A stretch of DNA of 64,000 nucleotides from Candidatus Bathyarchaeia archaeon (GCA_050013255.1 JBEKFP010000001.1:576001-640000); one strand, 5' to 3'; counted from the stretch's first letter, positions 29,328 to 40,407 are shown. Numbers and translations: made by a program. The notes: a model not told the origin generated them from the sequence alone.

Positions 29328-30698
29328 TCAATTCTTCAGGGAATCCAGCTGGGGCTGCGCAGTTTCCAATCGGTTCCACAGTTTCGCTGCGGCGCTTTGT
29401 GAGATGGATTGAGCTTTCTCTTCGTCGAAGGTGAGAAGTTGTTTATTCTTGACGATGAACTTACCGTTGACGAGTACGGTTTCAACATCGTCCCCATCTA
29501 CGGTATTGACCAGGTGGCCTACGACGCTGTTGGCGTTGAGCGGTGTTGGGAGTACGTTCGGTTTGATTACTATAAGGTCCGCCTTCTTCCCGGGCTCTAT
29601 GGACCCAAATTCCTTCTCCATGCCGTACAACTTTGCTCCGTTTACCGTCGCCATCTCTAAGACGGTGTAAGGGTCGATTGCGTTCGGGTTCTTATGGTAT
29701 ACTCGGTGCAATAAGTAGGCTGCACGCATGTTCTCGAACATGTCGAATATGTATCCGTCATTTCCCAAGCCCACGTTGATTCTCTTCTCTAGCATTCTAA
29801 GAACTGGCGCAACTCCAACAGCGTTCAACATGTTGCTCATGGGGTTGTGTGCGATACCGGTATTTGTTTGGGCAATGATGTTGATTTCATTGTCATCGAG
29901 GTTCACGCAGTGGGCTAAGACCACGTCAGGCCCAAGCAGTCCAACGTCACGTAACCTTTCCACGGTACGCTTACCATAATTCTCCAAGTTGTGGTGAAGA
30001 TCCCCCAGCCCTTCAGAGGCATGTATGGTAATTGGCACGTGGTACTTTGCCGCCAGCGCCTTTACTCGTTTGATGAGGTCGTCGGAGACAGTGAAGGAGG
30101 CGTGGATACTGAAGAGAGGTTTGGCTTTGCTTTCAGGTTTGGAATGCATTTTCTCTGCGAACCGTACGTTCTCCTGTACCCCCCTCGATCCTTCATCCTT
30201 TGAGTGTCGCTCGGTCGCTTCGAATGCTACAAAACCCCTAATCCCGACCTCCTCGACGGCGCGTGCAATATGGTCCAATACACCTGAGATTGAGTTGGGC
30301 CCTGAATAGGTGTCCGCGAAAGCCGTCACACCTGACTTGGCGAACTCAACCGAAGCAACCAAAGCGCTTGCGTAGGCATCCTCGAAATTCATCGCCTCGT
30401 CCACGGGCCACCAAACACGTTGAAGAATTTGCGTAAAATCTGAGGGCGGCGTTATCTTCAGTGCTGCTCCCCTCAGCAGCATGCCGTACAGGTGCGAGTG
30501 GCTGCAGACGATCCCGGGCATTACGATACGTCCGGACGCGTCTAAGACCTCAGCTGTACCGTGCTTCTTCTGAAGGTCGACAGTCTTCCCGATTTCCACA
30601 ACCTTGCCTCGCTCTATCGCGACGGTATGATCTTCCAATATCCGTCGGTGACTATCCATCGTGACTAAAACACCATTTCTTACGAGGAGGTCAACCAA
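29328..30698 (-). CDS. Metal-dependent amidohydrolase (SsnA / MTA-SAH deaminase family)
   Basis: HSHLY, HASFT, IHASE, LAHCV, HNPMSNM, GLGNDG. Confidence 0.9.
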   Translation of the reverse strand: MVDLLVRNGVLVTMDSHRRILEDHTVAIERGKVVEIGKTVDLQKKHGTAEVLDASGRIVMPGIVCSHSHLYGMLLRGAALKITPPSDFTQILQRVWWPVDEAMNFEDAYASALVASVEFAKSGVTAFADTYSGPNSISGVLDHIARAVEEVGIRGFVAFEATERHSKDEGSRGVQENVRFAEKMHSKPESKAKPLFSIHASFTVSDDLIKRVKALAAKYHVPITIHASEGLGDLHHNLENYGKRTVERLRDVGLLGPDVVLAHCVNLDDNEINIIAQTNTGIAHNPMSNMLNAVGVAPVLRMLEKRINVGLGNDGYIFDMFENMRAAYLLHRVYHKNPNAIDPYTVLEMATVNGAKLYGMEKEFGSIEPGKKADLIVIKPNVLPTPLNANSVVGHLVNTVDGDDVETVLVNGKFIVKNKQLLTFDEEKAQSISQSAAAKLWNRLETAQPQLDSLKN

Positions 30699-30799
30699 TA
30701 ATGAGGACCAACCTGAGGAGCAACACCATTCGATAAAATAGGTTGTGTTACCATCCTATTTGAAATGAAAAGGGCTGAGTCACTCTGGCTACTTCGAAG

Positions 30800-31396
30800 T
30801 TGCGAATAATTGGCTTGGGGGATTCCACGACGGCTGGCACTCCAGGTTTCCTTTCCCCACTTGAAGCCCCACCTAACGGCCGAGGCAATCCCGAAAGCCA
30901 ATACGCCTACTGGATGAAGAAAACCCATCCCGAGTGGACGGTGTTAAATCGTGGCGTCAACGGCCAGAGGTCAGATGAGATTCTGGCCAGATTCGAACGC
31001 GATGTTCTGTCGGAGTCAGCGAATTGCGTTGTGATCCTGGCAGGAGTCAATGACGTTTACCAAGGCGCACCCTTAGAATTTACAAAGAAACACCTGCTCA
31101 CAATGTATGAGAAAGCCATCGCTGCAAAGATTACTGCGGTTGCAGCCACAGTACTTCCCTACAACACGGCGTCGACTCGTGAAACAGAAGCGATCCGTGA
31201 CCTAAACAATTGGATAGCCAATACCGCGAATCGACTTGGAATTCTGTTCTGCAATACTAATCTGACAGTCAGGGATCCACGCAACAAAGACCGCCTGCTC
31301 AGTACACCGGATGGACTCCACCCCGATGTCTCTGGTTACCGTAAAATGGGCCAAGCTTTAGCTGAGACAATTGCTCGTAAAGCCAAAATCGAATAA
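30800..31396 (+). CDS. SGNH/GDSL hydrolase
   Basis: GDSTTAG, NRGVNG, GVND, DGLHP. Confidence 0.92.
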   Translation: MRIIGLGDSTTAGTPGFLSPLEAPPNGRGNPESQYAYWMKKTHPEWTVLNRGVNGQRSDEILARFERDVLSESANCVVILAGVNDVYQGAPLEFTKKHLLTMYEKAIAAKITAVAATVLPYNTASTRETEAIRDLNNWIANTANRLGILFCNTNLTVRDPRNKDRLLSTPDGLHPDVSGYRKMGQALAETIARKAKIE

Positions 31397-31518
31397 TTTG
31401 GCCACCGGACCCCCCTAAGCCCACACACGAAACTGTCAAAGCCACCTCCTCTTGTACCATGGTGGTGTGCCAGGCTAGTGCCACGGATTCCAAATCTCGG
31501 TAGAATAAGGGGAAGGTA

Positions 31519-32859
31519 TTGCAAACTATTCTAATTGAAAACGGTAAGGTTCTGCGGTCGGGTCGCCTCGCCAAGGCGAATATTGTTATCGAAAATGGAA
31601 GAATAAAATCCGTTGGTATCGCAGAACCCAAGCAGGTTGACAAGCGAATCGATGCGAAAGGTAGGCTCATCCTCCCAGGCTTAGTGGACGGCCATGCTCA
31701 TCTGCATGACCCTGCCTTCACGAATCGCGAGGACTTCACAACTGGTACTTCTGCGGCTGCAGCAGGGGGCGTGACGGCAGTAGTCGAGATGGTTCTTTCG
31801 ACCCCTGTCGACACCCCTGATCGTGTCAAGGCTAAGATCGAGCAGGGAAAACGAAATTCATTGATCGATTTCTCCCTCCACGCTGGGATGATGAACCTCA
31901 GCAACCTTTCTAACATAGCAACAATCGCGGCTTTGGGTGTTCGATCATTCAAGACCTTCACATGCAAACCTTACTACTCCGACGACCACACCCTCATGTC
32001 TCTGATGCGCGAGACCTCAATGCAAAATTCGATTCTGAACGTGCACGCTGAAGACGAGCAAACGGCTAACGAAAACCTTGACAGGCTTACTGCGGAGGGT
32101 AGGAAGGACCCAAAGGCGCATACTGAGTGGAAGCCAAATGTGGCCGAGGAGCGAGCGGTTAGGAAGGTTGTTGAATTCTCGCGGACGCTGAAGGCCCGAC
32201 TCCACATTTCTCACATGTCCACTCAAGAGGGCGTCGAAATTGTTCGGCAAAATAAGCGCCTGCGGGTCAGATTGACTGCAGAAACCTGTCCCCATTACCT
32301 AACCTTCACGCGTGGAGATATGAAGAAACAGGGACCGTACTTGAAGATGAACCCTTCACTGAAGGGGCCGAAAGATGTGCAGGCGCTCTGGGAGGGCCTT
32401 CGCGATGGAACCATTGACATGGTTACTTCGGAACATGCGCCCGGGGAACGCGTGGAGAAGGAAGTGGGATGGACCGATATCTGGAGGGCGTGGGGCGGCG
32501 TCCCAGCGATCGAAACCATGCTGCCTGTCCTGCTGAGTGAAGGAGTAAACAAAGGCCGAATCGGCCTAACGACTCTTCAGAAAATATGCTGCGAGAACCC
32601 GGCAAAGGTATTTGGCCTCTACCCTAGAAAGGGTGTAATTCAGAAGGACGCTGACGCGGACCTAGTTATCGTTGACCTTAAGGCAAAACGGACAGTTCGG
32701 GCTGAAGCTTTGCATTACAAGGTTGGATGGACTCCGTATGAAGGCTGGACCTTGAAAGGGTGGCCTATCCTGACTGTGCGTCGAGGAGAAATATTATACG
32801 AGGACGAACAAGTGGTAGGTGAACCCGGGGCCGCAGATTTCCTGCCCATGTCACTATAA
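31519..32859 (+). CDS. Allantoinase/dihydroorotase-family cyclic amidohydrolase
   Basis: DGHAHLHDP, AAAAGGVT, VHAED, HISHMS, AETCPHYL, KMNP, SEHAP. Confidence 0.88.
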   Translation: MQTILIENGKVLRSGRLAKANIVIENGRIKSVGIAEPKQVDKRIDAKGRLILPGLVDGHAHLHDPAFTNREDFTTGTSAAAAGGVTAVVEMVLSTPVDTPDRVKAKIEQGKRNSLIDFSLHAGMMNLSNLSNIATIAALGVRSFKTFTCKPYYSDDHTLMSLMRETSMQNSILNVHAEDEQTANENLDRLTAEGRKDPKAHTEWKPNVAEERAVRKVVEFSRTLKARLHISHMSTQEGVEIVRQNKRLRVRLTAETCPHYLTFTRGDMKKQGPYLKMNPSLKGPKDVQALWEGLRDGTIDMVTSEHAPGERVEKEVGWTDIWRAWGGVPAIETMLPVLLSEGVNKGRIGLTTLQKICCENPAKVFGLYPRKGVIQKDADADLVIVDLKAKRTVRAEALHYKVGWTPYEGWTLKGWPILTVRRGEILYEDEQVVGEPGAADFLPMSL

Positions 32860-32874
32860 ACTGGTCGAACCTCA

Positions 32875-33453
32875 ATGCTCTCACTCATTGTTCTGGCAGC
32901 GGGCAAATCCACTCGGATGCATGGCAGAAACAAGCTACTCATCAAGGTTGAAGGCCAGCCCATGATCCGCGGAGTGGTTGAAGCAGGACTCAAGTCCAAG
33001 GCGGATGAAGTGATCGTAATTCTCGGCTGGGAAGCCGAAAAAATCAAGAAAGCCCTCGAGGACCTCCCCTGCCGATTCGTTGTGAACAAAGACTACGAGA
33101 AGGGACAGAGTAGCTCCGTGAAAGCGGGACTGAAGGAAGTTGGCGAAACGACGCAGGCCATACTCATTCTACCGGGCGATGTAGCCAGGATAGATGCAAG
33201 CTCAATAAATCTGGTCATCGACGAATATGCTCGTCGAAAGGGCTCAATAATCGTGACGGCCTACAAAAGCAAGCCCGGACATCCGATTCTGTTTGATAGG
33301 CAGCTCTTCAACGAAGTCGAACAGATCGACGAGCAGTCATTCGGGTTGAAAGCAGTAGTTAAGAAACATGAAGAGGCAGTGCGATTCGTTGAGGCCGGCT
33401 CTTCCAATGTTCTGGGAGATGTCGACACGCCAGAAGATTTAAAGAGACTCTGA
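32875..33453 (+). CDS. Molybdenum cofactor cytidylyltransferase (MocA-like)
   Basis: LAAGKSTRM..NKLL, GQSSSVKAG, GHPILF, DVDTPED. Confidence 0.85.
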   Translation: MLSLIVLAAGKSTRMHGRNKLLIKVEGQPMIRGVVEAGLKSKADEVIVILGWEAEKIKKALEDLPCRFVVNKDYEKGQSSSVKAGLKEVGETTQAILILPGDVARIDASSINLVIDEYARRKGSIIVTAYKSKPGHPILFDRQLFNEVEQIDEQSFGLKAVVKKHEEAVRFVEAGSSNVLGDVDTPEDLKRL

Positions 33454-33479
33454 ATTCGTGGGCAGATCAAGACAACGTT

Positions 33480-36257
33480 CTATGGCATCCTGTTGCCCAG
33501 AACCTTTGACAGTTCACTCGCAACGAAACCCGACGAGCTAAGAGCGAGCACGATTAGCCATTCCACAAGGTTGAGACCTGTAACGCTGAAGATGCCTGCT
33601 AACACTTGAGTCTGGAAGATGAATGGCATGATAATTGCTTCTCCCAGGACGATTGCGACTAGTGGCTTGTTCCCTAGAGGACCAGCGGAGAAAAATGTCC
33701 GGTTGAAGGATCTGCAGCTCAAAGCGAAGAAGATTTCAAAAAACACTATTGTTGCGAAAACCATGCTTCGTGCCTTGAGTTCGGCGAAAGCAACAGGGTG
33801 AGCAAAGGTCCAACCGTAGCTGAACAGCCCATACGCGAAAGCTATCCCTACAAGTATTAGTAGTAGTATGGCTATGCCCGCCAACCAGCCGTGGACTGTT
33901 GCGAAGATACTCTCCTTAGGGTTTCGAGGAGGCTTCTCCATGAGAAGGGGATCGGGTGGGTCCGTGCCCAATGCCAGTGCAGGGAGGCCGTCCGTCGCCA
34001 AGTTGACGAACAGGAGGTGTTTCGCTAAGAGTGGAAGCGGGAGGGCCAATAGCCCTGCTGCGGCCATGACTAGGATCTCGCCGATGTTGGCGGAGAGCAA
34101 GTAGGTCAAATATTTCCTGATGTTCTCGTATATGCCTCGGCCCTCATAGACTGCGGAAACTATTGAAGCAAAATTGTCATCGGTGAGAATCATATCGGAC
34201 GCTTCTTTTGTCACGTCCGTCCCTGTAATTCCCATAGCCACACCAATGTCTGCTTTCTTGAGAGCCGGAGCATCGTTAATTCCATCTCCTGTCATCGCCA
34301 CCACGTTCCCCCTCCTCTTGAGTGCCTCAACGATGCGACTTTTATGTTCGGGCGAGGTGCGGGAATAGGCTCTCACGTTTTCAACAATCGAAGAGAACTC
34401 TTCTTCGCCCATTTTGTCCAGCTCTGCTCCGGTCAAAGCTAGGTCGCCTTCTTTCAAGATCTTCAGTTCTTTGGCGACCCATGTTGCGGTCAATTTTTGA
34501 TCCCCCGTTATCATTACCACGCGTATGCCCGCCTTCTCACAGAGTTTCACTGCCTCTGCTGCCTCGTCCCTCGGGGGGTCAATCATGGCCATCAGTCCGA
34601 GGAATGTCATGTCGCGTTCAATTCTTTCATCTATGATCTCGGGCAGCGCTTCCAAGAATTTGTATGCAACTGAGAGGACTCGAAATCCCTCCGCGGCGAA
34701 GCCATTGTTAGTTTGAAGTATCTTTTGTCTTGAATCTTGGTCTAGAACTACACTCGACGCTGAATGCGCAACTTTGCTGCATTTCTGTAGGATGATTTCT
34801 GGAGCGCCTTTGCTCGTGACTAGGTAATTGCCATGCTTAGTTGTGTGGGCGGTGGTCATCACTTTTCTTTCGGAAGTGAAGGGTACCTCGGCTACACGTG
34901 GAGATTCATTTCGCGCAGCTTCTACGTCTATTCCCGTCTTTGCGGCGGCTACGACCAACGCCCCTTCGGTCGGGTCACCAATTATCTTCCATGCGCCGTT
35001 TTGTTTTGTCAGGTTTGCATCGTTGCAGAGGACCCCGCATAGGCAGGCGAATCTAACGGTATCTTCTTTCGTCTGTGTGAGAGCGGGCTTGAATTCGCCC
35101 CGCGGCTCATACCCTACTCCCGTGACTTCGTATGAGTTGCCCTGAGCGTAGACTTTCTTTACGGTCATTTCCCCTTTAGTTAATGTCCCGGTTTTGTCTG
35201 TGCAGATGACTGTAGTCGAACCGAGCGTTTCGGTGGCTGGCAGATGCCTGACTATAGAGTTCCTGCGCGCCATTCGATAGACTCCTATCGCTAAGGCTCC
35301 TGTTACAACGGCGGGAAGCGCTTCCGGGACGGCTGCCACCGCTAGGCTCACGCCCCATAGAAACATGTCAAGAAGCGCGCGGCCGTGAAGTACGCCGAGT
35401 AGTGAGACTAGTGCAACGGTAACGAGAAGCACCTTAACCATCCAGTTGCCGAGCTCGTCCATTCGCTTCTCGAGCGGAGTTTGTTCTTGCTTGTCGGTTT
35501 CGATTAAGCGGGCTATTTTTCCAAATTCAGTTCCCATGCCCGTGGCGAAAACGACTGCCTTTCCGCGACCATAGGTCACGACAGTCCCTGAGAAGACTAT
35601 GTTCTGCCTTTCAGGTAGAGGAGCGTCGGCATGGAGAGCTTTAGTCAACTTGCTGACCGGCACGGATTCGCCTGTAAGAACCGCCTCGTTAACCTGCAGA
35701 TTCATCGCGTCTACTATTCTCGCATCCACCGGGACCTTATCGCCCGAGCGGAGAATTATGAGATCTCCAGGAACGAGCTCCCTCGCGGGAATAACATTCG
35801 CCTGACCATCCCTTACCACGGTCGCTGTCGGCGCAGCCAACTTCTTGAGAAACGCTAGGGACTGTTCCGCCCTGTACTCCTGGTAGAAACCCAGCCCAGC
35901 TTAGGCAAGAACAATTGCTAAGATTACTGCCGAATCCAGTGCTTCTCCTACTGCAAAGGAGATTACGGCTGCGACTATCAAGATGAGAATGAGAGTTTCC
36001 TTGAACTGAGACAAAAGTAGCTTCCACGAAGATGTATTCTTCGCTTCTGCTATCTCGTTCATACCGTAGAGATTAATGCGGAACCTGGCTTCATCGTCCG
36101 TGAGCCCCTGCTGCAGACTGGAGCCCAAGGTCTCCAAAGCGTCCGCCGCCTCTACAGCATGCCACTTTTCTCCGAAAGCTTCAGGGGTTCCGCTCAATTC
36201 CTGTCCGTCAGCAGTAAGACGTAATTCCTTCCCTTTTTGGTCTTTTACCACGTTCAA
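33480..36257 (-). pseudogene. P2-type (Ca2+-like) cation-transporting P-type ATPase interrupted by one in-frame TAA at 35901-35903
   Basis: ORFs 35901..36257 and 33480..35840 share a frame: AIVLA*AGLGFYQEYRAE; TGES, VPEALP, DKTGTLT, KGAPE, MITGD, GDGINDAPAL intact. Confidence 0.85.
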
Positions 36258-36297
36258 TGGGAGCAGCCGATCAAGGACGTTATATCGGCCACCTCAG

Positions 36298-36606
36298 GTG
36301 ATCGGCAACACCTTCACCCTCAGCGGCCCATCGAACCTGACTGAACTCAGCATAACACTGTCGGATTTGCTTTCCTCCGAGAAAGTGAAGGGCTACGAAG
36401 ACAAGACGGTACTCTTCCTCGACTCCGTATCAACGTTCTTGATCTACAATGACGCCAATATGGTAGCCAAATTTCTTCATGCCATTTCCGGCAAGGTGAG
36501 AACCCACAACATTAGGGGAGTATTTTTTTCATTGCATGAAGATATCACCAAGGGCGCGGTCGCCAGTACAGTTCAATTCCACGATAAAGTATTGGAAATT
36601 GGCTAA
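36298..36606 (+). CDS. Truncated KaiC/RecA-like (DUF7504/DUF835-type) C-terminal fragment
   Basis: PSNLTELSI, VLFLDSVSTFLIYN, FHDKVLEI; the 5' part of track ORF 36076 is antisense to the ATPase. Confidence 0.55.
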   Translation: MIGNTFTLSGPSNLTELSITLSDLLSSEKVKGYEDKTVLFLDSVSTFLIYNDANMVAKFLHAISGKVRTHNIRGVFFSLHEDITKGAVASTVQFHDKVLEIG

Positions 36607-36608
36607 CC

Positions 36609-36633
36609 CAACCCCAACGTGTGTTGTGGGGTT
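36609..36633. terminator. Possible hairpin between convergent genes
   Basis: AACCCCAAC-gtgt-GTTGTGGGGTT imperfect inverted repeat. Confidence 0.3.
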
Positions 36634-36634
36634 A

Positions 36635-37192
36635 CTATCTTAGATGCCACATTGATTGTGATGGGTCATCGTGGCTGGGGTGTTGTCCCTGCTCGAACAT
36701 CTTCATTGCTTCCTGGCGTTTTCGTTCAATTTCCTCGGGGGACATTTGAATTTGCATTGAGAGCGACCAAGCGTTGCCGAACGGGTCTGTCAGTTGGCCA
36801 TAGCGTTCGCCCCAGAACATGTCATCAAGTTGCATATCGACTCGAGCTCCAGCCTCCACAGTCTTCTTCCAAAGAGCGTCTACGGCCTTCGAGTAGATGT
36901 GAAGCGTCACCGATGAAGCTCCAAGCTCGCGTGGGTCCTTGTGCACTGCGCCTGGGAAAATATCGGATAGCATGACGATTGAATCGCCGATTTGAATGCG
37001 CCCATGGATCAATTTTCCGCCCGGCCCCTGCTCCCGCTGCAACTCCTTCGCGCCGAAAGCCTTCGTGTACCATTCAATCGCCTCCGCAGCCCCATTGATC
37101 GCAAGGTAAGGTGTAACTGTATGAAACTCCTTCGGAACTGGGTGAAATTTGCTCGATTTCGAAACTCGTTTCTTGGGTGTCTTCTTAGGCAT
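36635..37192 (-). CDS. VOC/glyoxalase (PhnB-like) family protein
   Basis: HTVTPYL, AIEWYTKAFGA, DMFWGERYGQLTDPFG. Confidence 0.9.
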   Translation of the reverse strand: MPKKTPKKRVSKSSKFHPVPKEFHTVTPYLAINGAAEAIEWYTKAFGAKELQREQGPGGKLIHGRIQIGDSIVMLSDIFPGAVHKDPRELGASSVTLHIYSKAVDALWKKTVEAGARVDMQLDDMFWGERYGQLTDPFGNAWSLSMQIQMSPEEIERKRQEAMKMFEQGQHPSHDDPSQSMWHLR

Positions 37193-37312
37193 CAGCTAAC
37201 CTCGGCTTTTCCGAACATTCAGTTCTAGAAATATAAGCTCAGTAGGGAGCCGCCTGACTCGGTAGGCATATTACATTCAAACCAATGCTCACGTCTGCGA
37301 GTTGTTCGAAGT

Positions 37313-37996
37313 ATGCAGTGCCCATCCTGCGGGAATTCGGTGCCAGATAATGTGAAGTTCTGTCCCAGCTGTGGTAAGAAATTGGACACCGCCAAAACAC
37401 CTGCGCCCGGAAGTGTTGGGTCTAGTTCAGTTTTTTCCGGTAAGGAGTACATAATTGAACAGAAGATTGTGGCACTAAGAGATACCTTCGGCATCAAAGA
37501 TAGAAACGGTAACCTTCTCGCTTACGTGAAAAAGAAAATTGTGAGCTGGGGACCCCAGTTCTACTTTGAAACGCCCGACGGTAACAGGTTAGGTGAGATG
37601 CGAGGAAAGGTGCTGACTGTACGGCCGACGTTTGAAATTTATGCCGCCCAAAGACTCGTCGCGGCCGTGAAGAAGAAAATTCTCAAACTGTTAGGCTCAG
37701 AGTGGTGGCTTGAGGATGGTTCGGGTACAGAGATTGCGCGAATTAAGGGGAACATAACTGAACATAATTTCTCAATTCAATCCCCCTCTGGAACAGAAAT
37801 CGCCCAAATCAACAAGAAGTGGGTTAGCGTTCGAGATTCATACGGCATCGAAATTCTAAGCGAAGAACTCACCCCGTACGTCATCATAGCTTACGCTATT
37901 GCGATGGATCACGCCGAATTCAAAGCCGGGAGAGGATTTGCAGTGGGATTAGCCGGGATTGGCGCAATGACGGATGGTTTCAAGCCCCAGTTTTGA
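37313..37996 (+). CDS. Zinc-ribbon plus LURP-one/scramblase (Tubby-C) domain protein
   Basis: CPSCG..FCPSCG; IEQKIVALRDTFGI, KKWVSVRDSYGIEI. Confidence 0.85.
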   Translation: MQCPSCGNSVPDNVKFCPSCGKKLDTAKTPAPGSVGSSSVFSGKEYIIEQKIVALRDTFGIKDRNGNLLAYVKKKIVSWGPQFYFETPDGNRLGEMRGKVLTVRPTFEIYAAQRLVAAVKKKILKLLGSEWWLEDGSGTEIARIKGNITEHNFSIQSPSGTEIAQINKKWVSVRDSYGIEILSEELTPYVIIAYAIAMDHAEFKAGRGFAVGLAGIGAMTDGFKPQF

Positions 37997-38008
37997 GGCG
38001 TGAACTTT

Positions 38009-38878
38009 CTATTTCTTCTCGGTCCAGTCGTAGAACCCCCGCCCGGTCTTCCTTCCGAGCAGGTTTGCTCGCACCATCTGTTTGAGTAGGTTGCTGGGGC
38101 GGAACTTCGGGTCGCCCGTTTCGTTTACCATAACATCCGCAATGAAGAGCGTTGTGTCGATGCCGACGTAGTCAAGCAATTTCAATGGGCCCATGGGCCA
38201 GTTCAGTCCGAGTACGCATGCCTTGTCAATGTCCTCCGGCTCGGCTACGCCTTCAGCTACGAGGAAAGCCGCTTCGTTGAGGGCTGGGACGAGGATGCGG
38301 TTTACAATGAACCCTGGCGTGTCCTTCTTAACAACAACTGGTTCCTTACCCAGCTTTGCGGTGACTTGTTTGATAGTCTCCACGGTCTCGTTTGATGTCT
38401 TCAAACCGCGGACGATCTCAATGAGCTTCATGAGTTGTGGTGGGTTGAAGAAATGCATACCGCAAACTTTCTCAGGCCTCTTCGTCGCGGCCCCGATCTC
38501 AGTAATGCTGATTGAAGACGTGTTTGAGGCGATTATTGCGTGAGCTGGCGCATATTTGTCAGCTTCAGCTAAGACCTGTTTCTTGAGGGCAGGGTTCTCG
38601 GTTACGGCCTCAATGACTAGGTCCGCGTTCTGTACAGTTTCTTTCAGGTCGAGCGTTGGGTGAATTCGATTGAGGATTTCTTTGGATTCATTCTCGCTCA
38701 TTGTACCCTTTTTGACGAACCGTTGGAGGCTGTCTCGAACCATTTTCATTCCGTTGTCGACAAATCGTTGCTCAATATCTCTCATGCTAACGTCAAATTT
38801 GCCGGTCTGTGCACAAACTTGTGCGATACCGTGTCCCATCAGGCCAGCGCCTAACACTCCTACACGCTTTACTTCCAT
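38009..38878 (-). CDS. hbd: 3-hydroxyacyl-CoA (3-hydroxybutyryl-CoA) dehydrogenase
   Basis: GAGLMGHG, EAVTE, SNTSSIS, GMHFFNP, PGFIVNR, PMGP, GRKTGRGFY. Confidence 0.92.
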   Translation of the reverse strand: MEVKRVGVLGAGLMGHGIAQVCAQTGKFDVSMRDIEQRFVDNGMKMVRDSLQRFVKKGTMSENESKEILNRIHPTLDLKETVQNADLVIEAVTENPALKKQVLAEADKYAPAHAIIASNTSSISITEIGAATKRPEKVCGMHFFNPPQLMKLIEIVRGLKTSNETVETIKQVTAKLGKEPVVVKKDTPGFIVNRILVPALNEAAFLVAEGVAEPEDIDKACVLGLNWPMGPLKLLDYVGIDTTLFIADVMVNETGDPKFRPSNLLKQMVRANLLGRKTGRGFYDWTEKK

Positions 38879-39074
38879 TCCAATCACAGCTAATAATCCG
38901 AACAAGAACCAAGATATGTTTTCCCATATGCGAAGCCTGGACATTCTACATAGGGTTCAGCCTGCTGGTCAAACAACAACGATGGCAAATGCATCAGTAT
39001 GTATCCCATCCCTAAGGTGCGAAATTTCAGATTAGCCCACTAACGACAACACTGCAGATTGATTTAGGATCATA

Positions 39075-39794
39075 CTAACTAGTTTGGACTCTGTCTTTTT
39101 TGCTTCGGCATCTTAGAATCATTAACGCCACTATTCCAGTAACCATGCCGACTATTATCGATTCAACTGGGAAGCCTGGAATGCTTGTTGACGGCGTGGT
39201 TGCGCTCGTGAATGTGCTTGTTGGGGTAATTGTACTGAGCAATTGTTGGGTCGACGTATAACTGCCAGCTGCTACGTAAGCCACCATGAATCCGTCCGCA
39301 TCTCGAGCATTGGAAAAGTTAACGAGGACAAGGTCCCACCTCCCAGAGCTGGGGAGAGCCGCATCGAAACTATACGCCATCGTGCTTAGTTGACTTGTGA
39401 TTGCATTTGCCCCATTCCCACAACTTCCTACCTTCAACCAACTTTGGTAGCTTGTGTCTTGTATGACATAGAAGTCAAGTGGGATGTCTGATGTGAAATT
39501 GCCAGCGACATATTGGCCTTGATTGCCCGTGAAAGTAAAATTCCACAACTCGCAGTGCAAATTCGTCCCCGCTGTCGAGATTACCTTGAAGGGACTGTTG
39601 ATCAGTTGTTGCTGTTGTGCCAGAGATGTAGTAACGCTGCTACCTACTGTGATCGTTTTTACTTGATTTACTTGGGTTGCGAACGTGACGTAATTCGCAC
39701 TACCGACAATTGCCAGCAATGATGGAATACATACGATCATGATGGCGATTGCGTATCGTACCTTCAAGAAACACACATTGAACCGAACTTTCAT
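39075..39794 (-). CDS. Secreted surface protein with PGF-CTERM-like anchor
   Basis: Signal/TM; Thr-rich linker; IPGFP, TM and basic tail. Confidence 0.7.
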   Translation of the reverse strand: MKVRFNVCFLKVRYAIAIMIVCIPSLLAIVGSANYVTFATQVNQVKTITVGSSVTTSLAQQQQLINSPFKVISTAGTNLHCELWNFTFTGNQGQYVAGNFTSDIPLDFYVIQDTSYQSWLKVGSCGNGANAITSQLSTMAYSFDAALPSSGRWDLVLVNFSNARDADGFMVAYVAAGSYTSTQQLLSTITPTSTFTSATTPSTSIPGFPVESIIVGMVTGIVALMILRCRSKKDRVQTS

Positions 39795-39891
39795 TGTTTA
39801 CCCTAAAAACAGTTTGCTTGGCGTTGAGAGCGAGCTTGCGGCACGCATCCACCTTAGTTACGTTTCTGGACTACTGACGCCGTAGGATTTC

Positions 39892-40329
39892 TCAAGTCAA
39901 TTTGGTTTTCGATTTAGCTGGAGGAACTGGCTGCTTGAGGTCGAATTGGTTTCCGTAGGCGTCCGCGAACTCGCAAAGCCATTCTCCCCACTCCATCCTC
40001 CTGGGAGGATACAGAAATCGTACGCCCTTTGACCGTAACCGGTCGTAGTCGGTTCGTATATTGTCGGTGAGAAATGTGATCCCTGTTGGGCCGGGCTCTA
40101 TACTGTTGTCCAACAACTCGCAGATGTGAATCCTTGTTAGTGGTCGACCTGGACCGAGTTCGATCCAATGACCCGGTCTATCGGGTGAACCTTGGACACT
40201 AGCATCCGTGTTAGGCTCGAACGGTCCAACGTAGGCCACCCGGAGGCCGAGAATATCACGATACCATTGAAGTGCCTTCTGCTTATCGGACACTACGACT
40301 GCGACTGTGTCGATGCCTGTGATTGTCAT
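39892..40329 (-). CDS. VOC/glyoxalase family protein
   Basis: VSDKQKALQWYRDILG, MEWGEW..FADAYGN. Confidence 0.85.
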   Translation of the reverse strand: MTITGIDTVAVVVSDKQKALQWYRDILGLRVAYVGPFEPNTDASVQGSPDRPGHWIELGPGRPLTRIHICELLDNSIEPGPTGITFLTDNIRTDYDRLRSKGVRFLYPPRRMEWGEWLCEFADAYGNQFDLKQPVPPAKSKTKLT

Positions 40330-40407
40330 GAAGGCCTATCGCCAACAGAGTCTGACTGATTCGCGGCTTAAATAACAAATCAGCATTCTTACTTTCGGGA
40401 TCCTGTC

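Noticed and set aside
35901-35903. Selenocysteine/pyrrolysine recoding
   Set aside because: The stop is TAA, not TGA or TAG, and it falls in a TM helix at a non-catalytic position.
36076-36297. 5' half of the 176 aa track ORF
   Set aside because: Mostly antisense to the ATPase N-terminus; only the part from 36298 looks like protein.
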